Positions 41,173 through 52,600 of a stretch of DNA of 64,000 nucleotides are shown piece by piece. The position numbers and the translations under genes were made by a program. Where the stretch lies: contig OY762940.1 of assembly GCA_963667255.1 (NCBI GenBank), forward strand, positions 768,001 to 832,000. The letters are read 5' to 3'. The DNA comes from Candidatus Cloacimonadota bacterium. GTDB taxonomy: Bacteria > Cloacimonadota > Cloacimonadia > G963667145. Numbering within the stretch: position 1 is the first letter of the stretch; every line of letters begins with the position of its first letter. A model generated the notes under the pieces. That model saw only the letters and a program-made list of their open reading frames with translations. It ran no database searches and was not told where the DNA came from.

Positions 41173-41192
41173 TTGTTTTTGAAATTATAAGA

Positions 41193-41269
41193 GCGGGAGT
41201 AGCTCAGCTGGCTAGAGCATTAGCCTTCCAAGCTAAGGGTCGCGAGTTCGAATCTCGTTTCCCGCTCCA
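41193..41269 (+). tRNA. tRNA-Gly(TCC)
   Basis: TTAGC-ctTCCaa-GCTAA and CCA. Confidence 0.96.
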
Positions 41270-41299
41270 TTTTTTTGTGTGTATTCATAAAAAATGCAG

Positions 41300-41375
<76 letters not shown>

Positions 41376-41420
41376 GTTTATGAAAAATTATTATTAAATT
41401 GCTTATTTATTAAGGAGGAA

Positions 41421-42608
41421 ATGATGGCAAAGGAAAAATTTGTCAGAACGAAACCCCATGTGAATGTGGGGACCATCGGTCATGTTGACCATGGTAAAAC
41501 TACCCTTACTGCTGCTATTACCAAGGTGCTTGCAGCTAAAGGACAAGCCAAATATACTGATTTTGGCTCTATCGATAACGCTCCAGAAGAGAGAGAAAGA
41601 GGTATTACTATCTCTACTGCTCATGTGGAGTATGAGTCTACAGCCAGACACTACGCACATGTTGACTGCCCTGGTCACGCCGACTACATCAAAAATATGA
41701 TTACCGGTGCTGCCCAAATGGACGGTGCTATTCTCGTTGTTTCTGCTGCTGACGGTCCAATGCCACAAACTCGTGAGCACATTCTTTTGGCTTACCAAGT
41801 TGGTGTGCCTGCGATGGTTGTGTTCCTTAATAAATGTGACCTTGTGGACGATGCTGAATTGTTGGAACTCGTGGAGATGGAAGTTAGAGAGCTTTTGACC
41901 TCTTACAAATTCCCGGGCGATGACATTCCTTTCATCCAAGGCTCTGCTCTTAAGGCTCTTGAAGATGACCCTGAAGGTATTGCTGCTATCGAGAAGTTGG
42001 TTGATACACTCGATTCTTACATTCCTGACCCTATCCACGATTTGGACAAGCCTTTCTTGTTGCCCGTTGAGGATGTGTTCTCTATCTCCGGTCGTGGCAC
42101 AGTTGCCACAGGTCGTGTAGAGACCGGCACTCTCAAGATTAACGACAAGTTGGAAAGAGTCGGTATCAAAGACACCATCGAAGTTGTCTGCACAGGTGTG
42201 GAGATGTTCCGCAAAATCTTGGATAGTGCTGAAGCTGGCGACAATGTTGGCGTGCTTCTTCGTGGTATCAAAAAAGACGAAATTGACAGAGGCATGGTGT
42301 TGGCTGCTCCCAAGAGCATCACTCCGCACAAAAAATTCGTTGGCGAGGTTTATGTGCTCAAAGCTGACGAAGGTGGTCGTCACAAACCTTTCTTCTCTGG
42401 ATATCGTCCTCAATTCTATTTTAGAACTACCGATGTTACCGGCACTCTTACTTTGCCCGAAGGCGTAGAAATGGTAATGCCAGGCGACAATGTGAAGATT
42501 AACGGAGAGTTGATAGTGCCTATCGCTATGGACAAAGGTCTTAGATTTGCTATCCGTGAAGGTGGTAGAACTATTGGTGCCGGAGTAATAGCCGAGATTC
42601 AAGAGTAA
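41421..42608 (+). CDS. tuf: Elongation factor Tu
   Basis: [19 protein letters not shown] and [13 protein letters not shown]. Confidence 0.99.
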   Translation: MMAKEKFVRTKPHVNVGTIGHVDHGKTTLTAAITKVLAAKGQAKYTDFGSIDNAPEERERGITISTAHVEYESTARHYAHVDCPGHADYIKNMITGAAQMDGAILVVSAADGPMPQTREHILLAYQVGVPAMVVFLNKCDLVDDAELLELVEMEVRELLTSYKFPGDDIPFIQGSALKALEDDPEGIAAIEKLVDTLDSYIPDPIHDLDKPFLLPVEDVFSISGRGTVATGRVETGTLKINDKLERVGIKDTIEVVCTGVEMFRKILDSAEAGDNVGVLLRGIKKDEIDRGMVLAAPKSITPHKKFVGEVYVLKADEGGRHKPFFSGYRPQFYFRTTDVTGTLTLPEGVEMVMPGDNVKINGELIVPIAMDKGLRFAIREGGRTIGAGVIAEIQE

Positions 42609-42633
42609 AAAATTAACTATTTTGGAAGTTTAG

Positions 42634-42792
42634 ATGAGAGATATTATTGTGTTAGAATGTACTGAGTGTAAAAGCAGAAATTATTCAAATACTAAAAACA
42701 AGAGATTGCATCCTGAAAAAGTTGAATATAAGAAGTATTGTCCGAAATGCAGAAAACACCTTCTACACAAACAAGTAAGTAAAATTAAATAA
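42634..42792 (+). CDS. rpmG: 50S ribosomal protein L33 (Zn-binding form)
   Basis: Hand-translated MRDIIVLECTECKSRNY...KKYCPKCRKHLLHK. Not in the ORF track. Confidence 0.95.
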   Translation: MRDIIVLECTECKSRNYSNTKNKRLHPEKVEYKKYCPKCRKHLLHKQVSKIK

Positions 42793-42801
42793 AATTGTTG
42801 T

Positions 42802-42877
42802 AGGACAGTGGCTCAATTGGTAGAGCATCGGTCTCCAAAACCGAGGGTTGCGGGTTCAAGTCCTGCCTGTCCTGCCA
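42802..42877 (+). tRNA. tRNA-Trp(CCA)
   Basis: TCGGT-ctCCAaa-ACCGA and CCA. Confidence 0.96.
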
Positions 42878-42900
42878 TTTACTTTGTTAGGGGCGTTTAG

Positions 42901-43080
42901 ATGAAAAAACTTTTTGGATTTTTGAAAAATGTCAAAAGAGAGCTGAAGCTTGTTGATTGGCCGAGTTTTGACCAAGTAAAAGAAAGCACTTTTGTTGTTA
43001 TTGCCGTATCTGCTTTTATTGCCGCTTTTTTGGCTGTTGTAGATGTTGTTTTTACGACGATTGTAAATTATATGATGTGA
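42901..43080 (+). CDS. secE: Preprotein translocase subunit SecE
   Basis: Hand-translated ...ELKLVDWPS... plus one TM helix, between tRNA-Trp and nusG. Confidence 0.93.
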   Translation: MKKLFGFLKNVKRELKLVDWPSFDQVKESTFVVIAVSAFIAAFLAVVDVVFTTIVNYMM

Positions 43081-43091
43081 GCTGAGTTATA

Positions 43092-43622
43092 ATGAATTGG
43101 TATGTAGTGCATGTTTTTGCTGGCTATGAGTTTAGGATAAAAGAGATTATCGAAAAGGGAATCAAGGGCAAATCTTACGAGAAAGATTTGGGACAAATCT
43201 TGATACCTACTCAGTCCACTTATCATGTAAGAGGCGGGAAAAAGATAGAGCGGGAAAAGAAAGTTTTTAGCAATTATATAATTGTGGAAGCTGAGTTGTC
43301 TCCCGAACTCTTTAGTTATATTCTCCGAGTTGATGGAGTTACCAAATTTTTGGGAACTGGCAAAAAACCTTTGCCTCTGACTAAGGAAGAAGTAGCTCGG
43401 ATGTTGGGCGAAGAAGAGATGGAAGTAGAAGAGAAAACTATTGTCAAATGCGATTTTGGCGTAGGAGATACCGTCAGAGTTGTTTCGGGTGCTTTTGTAG
43501 ATTTTAACGGAGAAGTTACTCGGTTGACTGCCGAAGAAAATAAGGTTTCTGTGGATGTTACGGTTTTCGGAAGAGTTACTTCCGTTGACCTCAAGATAGA
43601 GCAAGTAGAAAAAATTAAGTAG
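43092..43622 (+). CDS. nusG: Transcription factor NusG
   Basis: [14 protein letters not shown] domain and VFGRVT. Confidence 0.97.
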   Translation: MNWYVVHVFAGYEFRIKEIIEKGIKGKSYEKDLGQILIPTQSTYHVRGGKKIEREKKVFSNYIIVEAELSPELFSYILRVDGVTKFLGTGKKPLPLTKEEVARMLGEEEMEVEEKTIVKCDFGVGDTVRVVSGAFVDFNGEVTRLTAEENKVSVDVTVFGRVTSVDLKIEQVEKIK

Positions 43623-43633
43623 AGGATTTTATA

Positions 43634-44065
43634 ATGGCCGCACCAAAAACTTTTGAAACTTCTGTAAAATTACAATTGCCGGCTGGAGCTGCAACACCTG
43701 CTCCTCCTGTTGGTCCTGCTTTGGGACAGGCTGGTATTAATATTGCAGATTTTTGTAAACAATTCAATGACAGAACTAAAGATGACAAGGGTATGGTTTA
43801 TCCTGTTGTTATCTATGTTCAAAAGAATAAATCTTTCACTTTTGATATCAAGACTCCGCCTGCCGCTGTTTTGATTAAAAAAGAGATTGGCATTGCTAAA
43901 GGTTCTGGGACTCCTAACAAGGAGAAGGTTGGAACTATCAACAGGTCTCAACTTGAGAAGATTGCCAAAGCAAAAATGGAAGATTTGAACGCTTATAACT
44001 TAGACGCTGCTGTGAACATAATTGCTGGTACTGCAAAGTCTATGGGTGTAACTGTCGAAGATTAG
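43634..44065 (+). CDS. rplK: 50S ribosomal protein L11
   Basis: [15 protein letters not shown]. Confidence 0.98.
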   Translation: MAAPKTFETSVKLQLPAGAATPAPPVGPALGQAGINIADFCKQFNDRTKDDKGMVYPVVIYVQKNKSFTFDIKTPPAAVLIKKEIGIAKGSGTPNKEKVGTINRSQLEKIAKAKMEDLNAYNLDAAVNIIAGTAKSMGVTVED

Positions 44066-44126
44066 TTATATCGCCATAATACGAGATTTTGCAGGAGATT
44101 GTGTATTCACAAGGAGAGACAAATAG

Positions 44127-44834
44127 ATGAAAAGAAGTAAGAAATATTTGGACTCTTTGCAAAAATTTGATAAGAAGGGGAGCTACGATTTATCTCAAGC
44201 TCTTTCTTTTTTGTCGGGTTTTAACAAAGCCAAATACGATGAAACTGTGGAACTGCATTTTCATTTGGGAGTAGATCCGAGAAAAGCCGATCAGCAAATT
44301 AGGTCTTCTTTGGTTTTGCCAAACGGTTCAGGTAAAAATGTTACCGTTTTGGTTTTTGCCGATGGACAAAAAGCCGAGGAAGCTAAGGTTGCAGGTGCTG
44401 ATTTCGTAGGGGTTGAAGAGTTGGTAGAAAAAATTCAGAACGATAGTTGGACTGATTTTGATGTTGCCATCGCTATTCCGTCTATGATGAGCAAGATTGG
44501 TAAGGTTGCCAAGATTTTGGGACCAAGGGGTTTAATGCCTAATCCTAAAGTAGGAACTGTTACCGAAGATGTGGCTACCGCAGTAAAGGACGCCAAAGGT
44601 GGTAGGGTAGAATATCGTACCGATAAGTTGGCAAACTTGCATTTTATTGTTGGTAAGCGAAGTTTTGAAGCTGATAAATTGCAAGAAAATATTTTAGCTT
44701 GTGTCGGAGCTGTGCTCAAGGATAAGCCTCAAACTGTTAAGGGCGAGTATATCAAATCTATGAGTATTTGTTCTACCATCAGCCCGGGTATTAAACTTGA
44801 TGTTCGTGCTGTTACGGCAGAAGCTAATAAGTAG
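44127..44834 (+). CDS. rplA: 50S ribosomal protein L1
   Basis: LGVDPRKADQ and ILGPRGLMPNPKVGTVT. Confidence 0.98.
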   Translation: MKRSKKYLDSLQKFDKKGSYDLSQALSFLSGFNKAKYDETVELHFHLGVDPRKADQQIRSSLVLPNGSGKNVTVLVFADGQKAEEAKVAGADFVGVEELVEKIQNDSWTDFDVAIAIPSMMSKIGKVAKILGPRGLMPNPKVGTVTEDVATAVKDAKGGRVEYRTDKLANLHFIVGKRSFEADKLQENILACVGAVLKDKPQTVKGEYIKSMSICSTISPGIKLDVRAVTAEANK

Positions 44835-44845
44835 GGGGCGATAGA

Positions 44846-45364
44846 GTGCAAGAATTTAAAAAAGAGATAGTACAAAAAATCGCTGATAGACTTTCCGATG
44901 CTAAATCGATTGTCTTGGTTAATTATAAGGGGATTAATATTCCCGAAGTTGAAGATTTGCGTTCCAGAATGCGTAAGTCGGATGTTGATTATTTCGTAGC
45001 AAAAAATACTTTTGTTAAACTTGCTTTGAAACAACTCAATTTGGAGGGCTTGGACGATTTCTTAAATCAAGAAACTGCTGTAGCTATATCCAAAGTTGAC
45101 GAAATCTCGCCTGCTAAAATCGTTAAAGATTTTGTAAAAGAGATGATGGCTAATAAGAAGTTTGGGTTTAAAGCTGGAATAGTTGACGGAGCGTTTATGT
45201 CGCTTGAGGATTTGGATAGATTGTCCAAACTTCCTTCTAGGGATGAGCTTTTGGCGAAAGTTCTCTCTTGTATGAACGCACCGATTTCAAATTTTGTAAA
45301 TGTAAATAGTCAAATTATCAAAAAGTTCGTATATGCTGTAAAAGCAATTGCGGAAAAAAAATAA
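44846..45364 (+). CDS. rplJ: 50S ribosomal protein L10
   Basis: VAKNTF and [12 protein letters not shown], plus synteny. Confidence 0.95.
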   Translation: MQEFKKEIVQKIADRLSDAKSIVLVNYKGINIPEVEDLRSRMRKSDVDYFVAKNTFVKLALKQLNLEGLDDFLNQETAVAISKVDEISPAKIVKDFVKEMMANKKFGFKAGIVDGAFMSLEDLDRLSKLPSRDELLAKVLSCMNAPISNFVNVNSQIIKKFVYAVKAIAEKK

Positions 45365-45384
45365 AAGTTTGTGTGGAGGATAAA

Positions 45385-45759
45385 ATGTCTAAAAAACAAG
45401 AAGTAATTGATATTATTAAGGAAATGAGTGTTTTGGAGCTTTCTGAATTAGTTAGCGAAATGGAAGAAATTTTTGGAGTGTCTGCTGCTGCTCCTGTTGC
45501 TGTTGCCGGTGCTGCACCTGTTGCTGCTGGCGAAGCTGCTGTTGAAAAGACTGAATTTGATGTAGTGTTGAGTGGTGCAGGCGACAAAAAAATCCAAGTT
45601 ATCAAAGCTGTAAGAGCTATTACTAGTCTTGGCTTGAAAGAAGCTAAAGATTTGGTAGATAGTTGTCCTAAGACCGTAGCTGAAGGTTTGTCTAAAGAAG
45701 ATGCAGAAGCAGCCGTTAAACAGCTTCAAGAAGCTGGTGCCACTGCTGAGATGAAATAA
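45385..45759 (+). CDS. rplL: 50S ribosomal protein L7/L12
   Basis: EKTEFDV and [13 protein letters not shown] 45385 after GGAGG. Confidence 0.97.
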   Translation: MSKKQEVIDIIKEMSVLELSELVSEMEEIFGVSAAAPVAVAGAAPVAAGEAAVEKTEFDVVLSGAGDKKIQVIKAVRAITSLGLKEAKDLVDSCPKTVAEGLSKEDAEAAVKQLQEAGATAEMK

Positions 45760-45810
45760 AACACTTCTTTAATTCATTTGTTCAGAAGTATCAATATTTA
45801 AAAATTACTA

Positions 45811-45838
45811 AACGGAAGTGTTGCGTGACACTTCCGTT
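45811..45838 (+). terminator. Hairpin (attenuator-like) between rplL and rpoB
   Basis: AACGGAAGTGTT-gcgt-GACACTTCCGTT. Confidence 0.55.
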
Positions 45839-45884
45839 ATATTTTCTATCTATGGAGTTGGAATTTTAGTAAGGAGATTTATTC

Positions 45885-48800
45885 TTGGAAAATTTTAAAA
45901 ATTACTCCCGAATTAAAAAGAGATTTGAGAACCTTGGGTACCCTCAGTTAGCGATTCCGGATTTACTGGAAACGCAAACCACCTCTTTTAACGATTTTTT
46001 GCAACGGGATGTCTATCCTCAGTTGCGTAAAAATGAAGGTTTGCAATCTGTTTTTAACAACATATTTCCGATTGAAGACAATAAAGGTCTTTTCACATTG
46101 GAGTTTTTAGAATACGAAGTTAAGCAGGAAAAGTATGGCTTGGAAGAGTGCAAATTGCGCAATCTTTCGTATGAGGCTATGGTTACCGCCAGACTTCGTT
46201 TGACTATATACGATGAGGATGTTCTTGCCGAGACAGGCGAACGCAAAGTAAAAAACATCTTGGAGCAAGATGTAATTTTGGGGAATATTCCCATTATTAC
46301 CAAAGACGGAACTTTTTTGGTGAATGGAGCCGAGAGAGCAATTATTTCCCAATTACACAGGTCTTATGGTGTATTTTTTACGGAGACGAAGCATCCAAGT
46401 GGTAAACCACTTTATTCCGCCAAAGTTATTCCTGAGAGAGGAACTTGGTTGGAATTTTCTATGGATGTGCACAATGTCGTTTATGTGTATATCAATAAAA
46501 GACGAAAAATGCCGATTTCCATTCTTTTGAGGGTGGTTGGATATTCCGAAGATCAAGACATTAGAAAAGTTTTTTATGATAACGAAGTTGTGCCTTTGGC
46601 TGATGCTGAGGGGAAAAAGGCTTTTGAAGATATTTTTTCGCCTGAGACTGGAGAGGTTTTGGTGGCTGCTGGAGTGGAAATCTCCATCGATATGATTGAT
46701 GAGTTGCAAATCCATGGGTTGGAAGAGGTCGCTGTAATTTCCGGTGACATCAATACAACCATCAGTGTCATAGAAAACACTTTGGAAAAAGACGGGACTT
46801 CTTGCACTTCCGAGGCAAGCCATAGAATTTACACTTTGATGCGTCCGGGGGAAAATCCTTCCGAGGAAGATGCAGCATCTTTCGTAAACTCTTTGTTTTT
46901 TGACGACCGTCGCTATTCTATCGGTAAAGTCGGAAGATACAATATCAATAAGAAGTTGGAATTGGATTTGCCCGAAGATCAGTTTGTTTTGAGCAAAGAG
47001 GATATAATCGCCATTATTAAAAGGCTGATTTCTATTTTTGATGGCAAAGATGATGTAGATAATATTGACTACTTGGAAAATAGAAGAGTTCGTTCTGTTG
47101 GTGAACTTTTGCAGGAACAATACAATATCGGGCTTAGTCGCCTGGCAAGAGTTGCCGTGGAAAGAATGGCTATCTCTTCTCCTGAAGAGGTAACGATTTA
47201 CGATTTGATTAATTCCAATACTTTGTCGTCTGTTGTGCAATCTTTCTTTCTTACCGGTCAATTGTCACAATTTATGGAGCAAACAAATCCTTTGGCTGAA
47301 CTTACGCACAAGAGAAGATTTACCGCTTTGGGACCTGGAGGTTTGGAGAGAGAGAGAGCCGGCATGGAGTCGCGAGATGTTAACAACTCGCATTACGGCA
47401 GAATTTGTCCTATTGAGACTCCCGAGGGTCCGAACATCGGGCTGATAAACTCGCCTGCTATTTTCTCCCGAGTTAATGCTTTCGGTTTCTTGGAAACTCC
47501 GTATTACAAGGTGGAAAACGGTGTTGTGCTGAAAGATATAGTTTATCTTAATTCCGCTGTTGAGGCTAAAGTTACTGTCGCCCAAGCAGGTATCGAGATA
47601 GACGATAACGGTAAAATAGTAAGGGATTTCGTTTTTGCCAGAAAGGGTGATGAGTTTTTGCAAGTTGCCAAGAACGAGATAAACTATTTGGATGTTTCGC
47701 CGATGCAAGCTATGAGTTTGTCCACTACTCTTATTCCTTTTTTGGAGCACAACGATGCTTCTCGTGCGTTGATGGGTTCTAACATGCAACGCCAAGCAGT
47801 TCCGTTGCTCAATCCCGAGTTTCCTGTAGTAGGAACTGGTATGGAGAAGGTGGTAGCCAGAAGTTCTGCGAATGTTCGGCTTGCACCATTTGATGGCAAA
47901 GTCATTGATGTTACTGCGGAATATGTTGAGTTGGAAAAAATCGATGATAGCGATGATGTGAGCATCGATAAGACTTACAGGATTGAGTTTGCCAAATACA
48001 AACGCTCAAACCAAGATACTTGTATAAACCAAAGACCTGTGGTTAAAGTTGGTCAGATTGTGAAAAATGGCGATTTTATTTCCGATGGTCCTTCTGTAAA
48101 CGAAGGTCGTTTGGCTCTTGGTCGCAACTTGAAAGTGGCTTTTATGTCTTGGTATGGATACAACTATGAGGATGCTATCATTTTGAACGAGAAAGTAGCT
48201 TGGGAAGACGCTTTTACCTCTTTATACATTGAAGAAAAAGAGGTTTTGGTCCGTGAGATGAAGTCTGGTCGTGAGGAACTTGTCTATGACATTCCTGATG
48301 TTTCCAAATATGCCCTTCGTAATTTGGATAAGACAGGTGTCATCCGCTTGGGTAGCGTGATAGAGTCTGGCGATATTATTGTGGGCAAGATTACTCCCAA
48401 AAGTTCCGACATCGATCCGTCTCCTGAAGAGAACTTGATGCGTGCTTTGTTTGGAGATAGAGCCGGCGATTTTACCAATACATCTCTGAAGGCTAAACCT
48501 GGTATGGAAGGTGTTGTTGTTGATGTTCGTGTTTTCTCTCGTGAAGAGGACGATTTGGATGCCGAACAAGAAAAAGAGTTTAAGCTGAACAAATACAAAA
48601 AAGATTTTGATAATAGAAATCTTAAAGTGCAACAATTCCTGAAAGCCGAGTTTCTGAAAAAAGTGGTTGGCAAAACCTCTAAAGATATCAAAAGCAGAAC
48701 TTCGGGACACTATTTCGTTGAGCCGGGCAAGAAAATTACCAAAGACGACATTGAGGCTATCGATTTCAAAACCTTGGATTTGAAAGTTTCTTTCACAACT

Positions 48801-49676
48801 GACCAAGAGTTTAACAAAATTTTTTATGATACGGCAATTTATCGCGTTAAGGTTGCTTACGGCGAGAATGAAAATATTTACAAAAAGTTGAGAGACCGTG
48901 TCCGTCAAGGAGATGAGCTTGACCAAGGTGTGTTCAAGATGGTCAAAGTTTATATTGCTAAGAAGAGAAAGATTTCCGTTGGAGATAAGATGGCGGGTCG
49001 TCACGGTAACAAGGGTGTGGTTTCCAAAATCGCTCCTATCGCCGATATGCCTTTTACAGCTGATGGAGAAGCCGTTGATATCGTGCTAAATCCTCTTGGT
49101 GTGCCTTCGCGGATGAACATTGGGCAAATTTTTGAGACTCACTTGGGTATTGCAGCCAAGATTTTGGGATTTAATGTTGAAACACCAGTCTTTGACGGAG
49201 CAACCGAGCAGGATATTTTGGACGCTTTGGACAAAGCCGGATTGGATGCCGATGGTAAGCAAGTGCTTTATGATGGTAAGACCGGAGAGAGATTTGACCA
49301 GCGAGTAACTGTTGGGATGATGTATATGCTGAAACTTAACCACTTGGTAAAAGACAAGATGCATGCCAGAAGCACCGGTCCTTACTCGCTTATCACTCAG
49401 CAACCTTTGGGCGGTAAGGCTCAACACGGTGGACAACGCTTGGGAGAGATGGAGGTTTGGGCTTTGGAGGCTTATGGTGCTGCCAATCTGCTGAAAGAGA
49501 TGGTAACCATAAAGTCTGATGATATGCAAGGTCGGACTTCCGCTTTCAAATCGATAGTTTCCGGAGAAAATCCGATTATTTCGGGGACACCGGAATCTTT
49601 TATGGTGTTGGTAAGTGAGCTTAAATCGCTCGGTTTTGATATAGAATTTTTGAAAGATGCACAAGTACAAGAGTAA
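45885..49676 (+). CDS. rpoB: RNA polymerase beta subunit
   Basis: GRICPIETPEGPNIG, GDKMAGRHGNKG and GQRLGEMEVWAL. Confidence 0.99.
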   Translation: MENFKNYSRIKKRFENLGYPQLAIPDLLETQTTSFNDFLQRDVYPQLRKNEGLQSVFNNIFPIEDNKGLFTLEFLEYEVKQEKYGLEECKLRNLSYEAMVTARLRLTIYDEDVLAETGERKVKNILEQDVILGNIPIITKDGTFLVNGAERAIISQLHRSYGVFFTETKHPSGKPLYSAKVIPERGTWLEFSMDVHNVVYVYINKRRKMPISILLRVVGYSEDQDIRKVFYDNEVVPLADAEGKKAFEDIFSPETGEVLVAAGVEISIDMIDELQIHGLEEVAVISGDINTTISVIENTLEKDGTSCTSEASHRIYTLMRPGENPSEEDAASFVNSLFFDDRRYSIGKVGRYNINKKLELDLPEDQFVLSKEDIIAIIKRLISIFDGKDDVDNIDYLENRRVRSVGELLQEQYNIGLSRLARVAVERMAISSPEEVTIYDLINSNTLSSVVQSFFLTGQLSQFMEQTNPLAELTHKRRFTALGPGGLERERAGMESRDVNNSHYGRICPIETPEGPNIGLINSPAIFSRVNAFGFLETPYYKVENGVVLKDIVYLNSAVEAKVTVAQAGIEIDDNGKIVRDFVFARKGDEFLQVAKNEINYLDVSPMQAMSLSTTLIPFLEHNDASRALMGSNMQRQAVPLLNPEFPVVGTGMEKVVARSSANVRLAPFDGKVIDVTAEYVELEKIDDSDDVSIDKTYRIEFAKYKRSNQDTCINQRPVVKVGQIVKNGDFISDGPSVNEGRLALGRNLKVAFMSWYGYNYEDAIILNEKVAWEDAFTSLYIEEKEVLVREMKSGREELVYDIPDVSKYALRNLDKTGVIRLGSVIESGDIIVGKITPKSSDIDPSPEENLMRALFGDRAGDFTNTSLKAKPGMEGVVVDVRVFSREEDDLDAEQEKEFKLNKYKKDFDNRNLKVQQFLKAEFLKKVVGKTSKDIKSRTSGHYFVEPGKKITKDDIEAIDFKTLDLKVSFTTDQEFNKIFYDTAIYRVKVAYGENENIYKKLRDRVRQGDELDQGVFKMVKVYIAKKRKISVGDKMAGRHGNKGVVSKIAPIADMPFTADGEAVDIVLNPLGVPSRMNIGQIFETHLGIAAKILGFNVETPVFDGATEQDILDALDKAGLDADGKQVLYDGKTGERFDQRVTVGMMYMLKLNHLVKDKMHARSTGPYSLITQQPLGGKAQHGGQRLGEMEVWALEAYGAANLLKEMVTIKSDDMQGRTSAFKSIVSGENPIISGTPESFMVLVSELKSLGFDIEFLKDAQVQE

Positions 49677-49691
49677 AAATGGAGTTTTACT

Positions 49692-52600
49692 GTGATAAGA
49701 AAAATTAAAAGAGATGAAGTAATTTCTGATTATGATGCAGTGAAGATTAGCTTGGCATCGCCCGAGAAGATTAAAGAATGGTCTTTTGGCGAAGTGACCA
49801 AGCCTGAAACTCTGAACTATAGAACTCATAAACCGGAGAGAGACGGACTATTTTGCGAGAGGATTTTTGGACCGGAAAAAGATTATGAATGTTCTTGTGG
49901 AAAATATAAGAAGCGTCGTTTTGCGGGAACTGTCTGTGACCGCTGTGGTGTAGAGGTAATCTCATCCAGAGTTCGCAGAACAAGGATGGGACACATCGAG
50001 TTGGCTGTGCCTGTTTCGCATATTTGGTATGTGAAATCTATGCCCAGCAAGATTGCCACGATTTTGGATATTTCCCTGAAAGATTTGGAGAGGGTTCTCT
50101 ATTATGAGTCTTTCATCGTTCTTGACCCGGGCAATAGTGATTATGACAGATTGGATTTGATAGACACGGAGACTTATTACGAAATCATTGATATGGTTGA
50201 TGACGATTTCGATGCTAAAATTGGTGCGGAGGCTATCAGAGAGCTTTTGTGTCAGATAAATTTGGACGAAGAGGCTATGCAACTCAAGGCTCAACTCAGC
50301 TTGGAAACTTCTACACTCAAGAGAACTTCCATCGTCAAGAGGCTGAAAGTTGTTAACTCATTCCTCAAATCCAACAACCGTCCCGAGTGGATGATAATGA
50401 CCGTATTGCCTGTGTTGCCACCGACTTTGCGTCCTCTTGTCCCGCTTGATGGTGGTAGATTTGCTACTTCCGATTTCAACGATTTGTATCGCAGAGTGAT
50501 TGCCAGAAACAATCGTCTCAAGCAATTGATTAGTATTAGAGCACCTCAGGTTATTTTGCGTAACGAGAAGAGAATGTTGCAAGAGGCTGTAGATGCTTTG
50601 TTTGACAACTCTCGTAAATCTATGCCTGTGAGGGGAAGTGGAAACAGACCACTAAAATCGCTGACTGACCAACTCAAGGGTAAACAAGGAAGATTTCGTC
50701 AAAACCTTTTGGGTAAACGAGTGGACTACTCTGCTCGGTCTGTTATTACCGTTGGTCCTGAGTTGAAAATTGACCAATGCGGTATTCCCAAAGAGATGGC
50801 GTTGGAACTTTTTAAGCCTTTCTTGATTGAGAGGTTGGAACATTATGGCGAAGTGGAGAAAACCAAAACAGCCAAGAAGCTGATTGAGAAGAGACAGCCG
50901 AAGATTTGGAAAATCTTGCAAGAGGTAATTGAGGGTCATCCTGTTCTCTTGAATAGAGCTCCGACTTTGCACAAGTTGGGTATTCAGGCATTTTATCCGG
51001 TTTTGACGGAAGATAGAGCCATCAAATTGCATCCGATGGTATGTACTCCGTTCAATGCAGACTTTGACGGTGACCAAATGGCTGTGCATTTACCGCTTAC
51101 TGACCAAGCTGTGCAAGAGGCTGAACTTTTGATGCTTTCTTCTCGTAACTTGCTTTTGCCTGCCAGTGGCAAATTGGCGATGCTTGCCTCTCAAGATATC
51201 GTTTTGGGTATCTACTATCTTACTATGGAAAAAACTCCCAAGCCTAAGGACGACAAAAAGCTCAAATATTATGGCGATACTCAAGAGTTGATGGCGATTT
51301 ATGACAACGAGAGATTTTCCGGTAAGCCACTGGAAGAGAGAGCGATTAGATTGCATACATGGATTAAGTTCAAAGTCAATGGGGAGTTTATCGTAACGAC
51401 TGTCGGCAGGGTTATTTTTAACAGTATAGTTCCCAAAGAGATAGGCTACCAAAATCATGTTTTTGATAAGGGAAGAATTAACAGTTTTTCCACGAAAATC
51501 TTTGAAACTGTAGGTCAGGCTGCTACTGCGGAATATTTGGACAGACTAAAAAGTCTTGGTTTCAAATACGCTACAAATTCGGGCATTACTTTTAGCTTTA
51601 GAGATGTGATAGTGCCGAAAGGGAAAAAAGAGAAAATTGCCGAAGCTGAGAAAAAAATCGACGAAATTATGCAAAACTACATGGAAGGTAGGATTACCGA
51701 CCGTGAACGCGAAAATAGAAGTGTTGATACTTGGAAAATGGTTACCGAGGAGATTACCGAGGAACTGATGGAAGAGGTGGCAAAAGACCAAGACGGGCTT
51801 AACTCTATACACATTATGCACATTTCAGGTGCTCGTGGTGGTAAAGACCAAATCAAACAGCTCGGTGCTATGCGTGGACTCATGGACAAACCTGTTAGAG
51901 CCGACAACGACGATTTGGGTGTTATTGAGACTCCGATTAAGGCTAACTTCAAAGAGGGTCTTGATTTGTTCCAATATTTCCTCTCTACTCATGGTTCTCG
52001 TAAAGGTCTTGCCGATACCGCTCTGAAAACAGCTGATGCTGGTTATCTTACGAGAAGACTTGTGGATGTTGCTCGCAACGCTGTAATCAACATTGAAGAT
52101 TGTGGCACAATTAAAGGGTTGGAAGTTTCCGCTCTCAAGGAAGGTCTTGAGGTTGTGGAATCTCTCTCCGAGAGAATCAGAGGCCGTGTAGCCAGTGCAG
52201 ATATTCACGATCCGGAAACCGGCGAAGTTTTGGTTGCTGCCAATGAGGAAATTACTAACGAAGCCGCTGAACTTGTGGAGCAAAGAGGAGTTTCCAAGGT
52301 AAAGATAAGGTCGGTGCTTACTTGTGAAGCAAAAGATGGTATCTGTGCCAAATGCTACGGACGGAACTTGGGCACTTCCAAAATGGTTACAATCGGTGAG
52401 CCTGTGGGCGTTATTGCCGCTCAAAGTATCGGAGAGCCAGGGACACAATTGACTTTGCGAACATTCCACTCCGGTGGTTCTGCCTCTACTAATGTGGAAA
52501 TTTCCGAGAGGATTTCTTCTGCTGACGGTATCGTAAGATACATCAGAATGAATATTATCGAGGATATTGACGGGAATATTATTTCCAAAGGTCACTTGGG

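Noticed and set aside
41403..42602. 399-aa antisense ORF over tuf (also 51825-53270 over rpoC)
   Set aside because: Shadow ORFs caused by codon bias in highly expressed genes.
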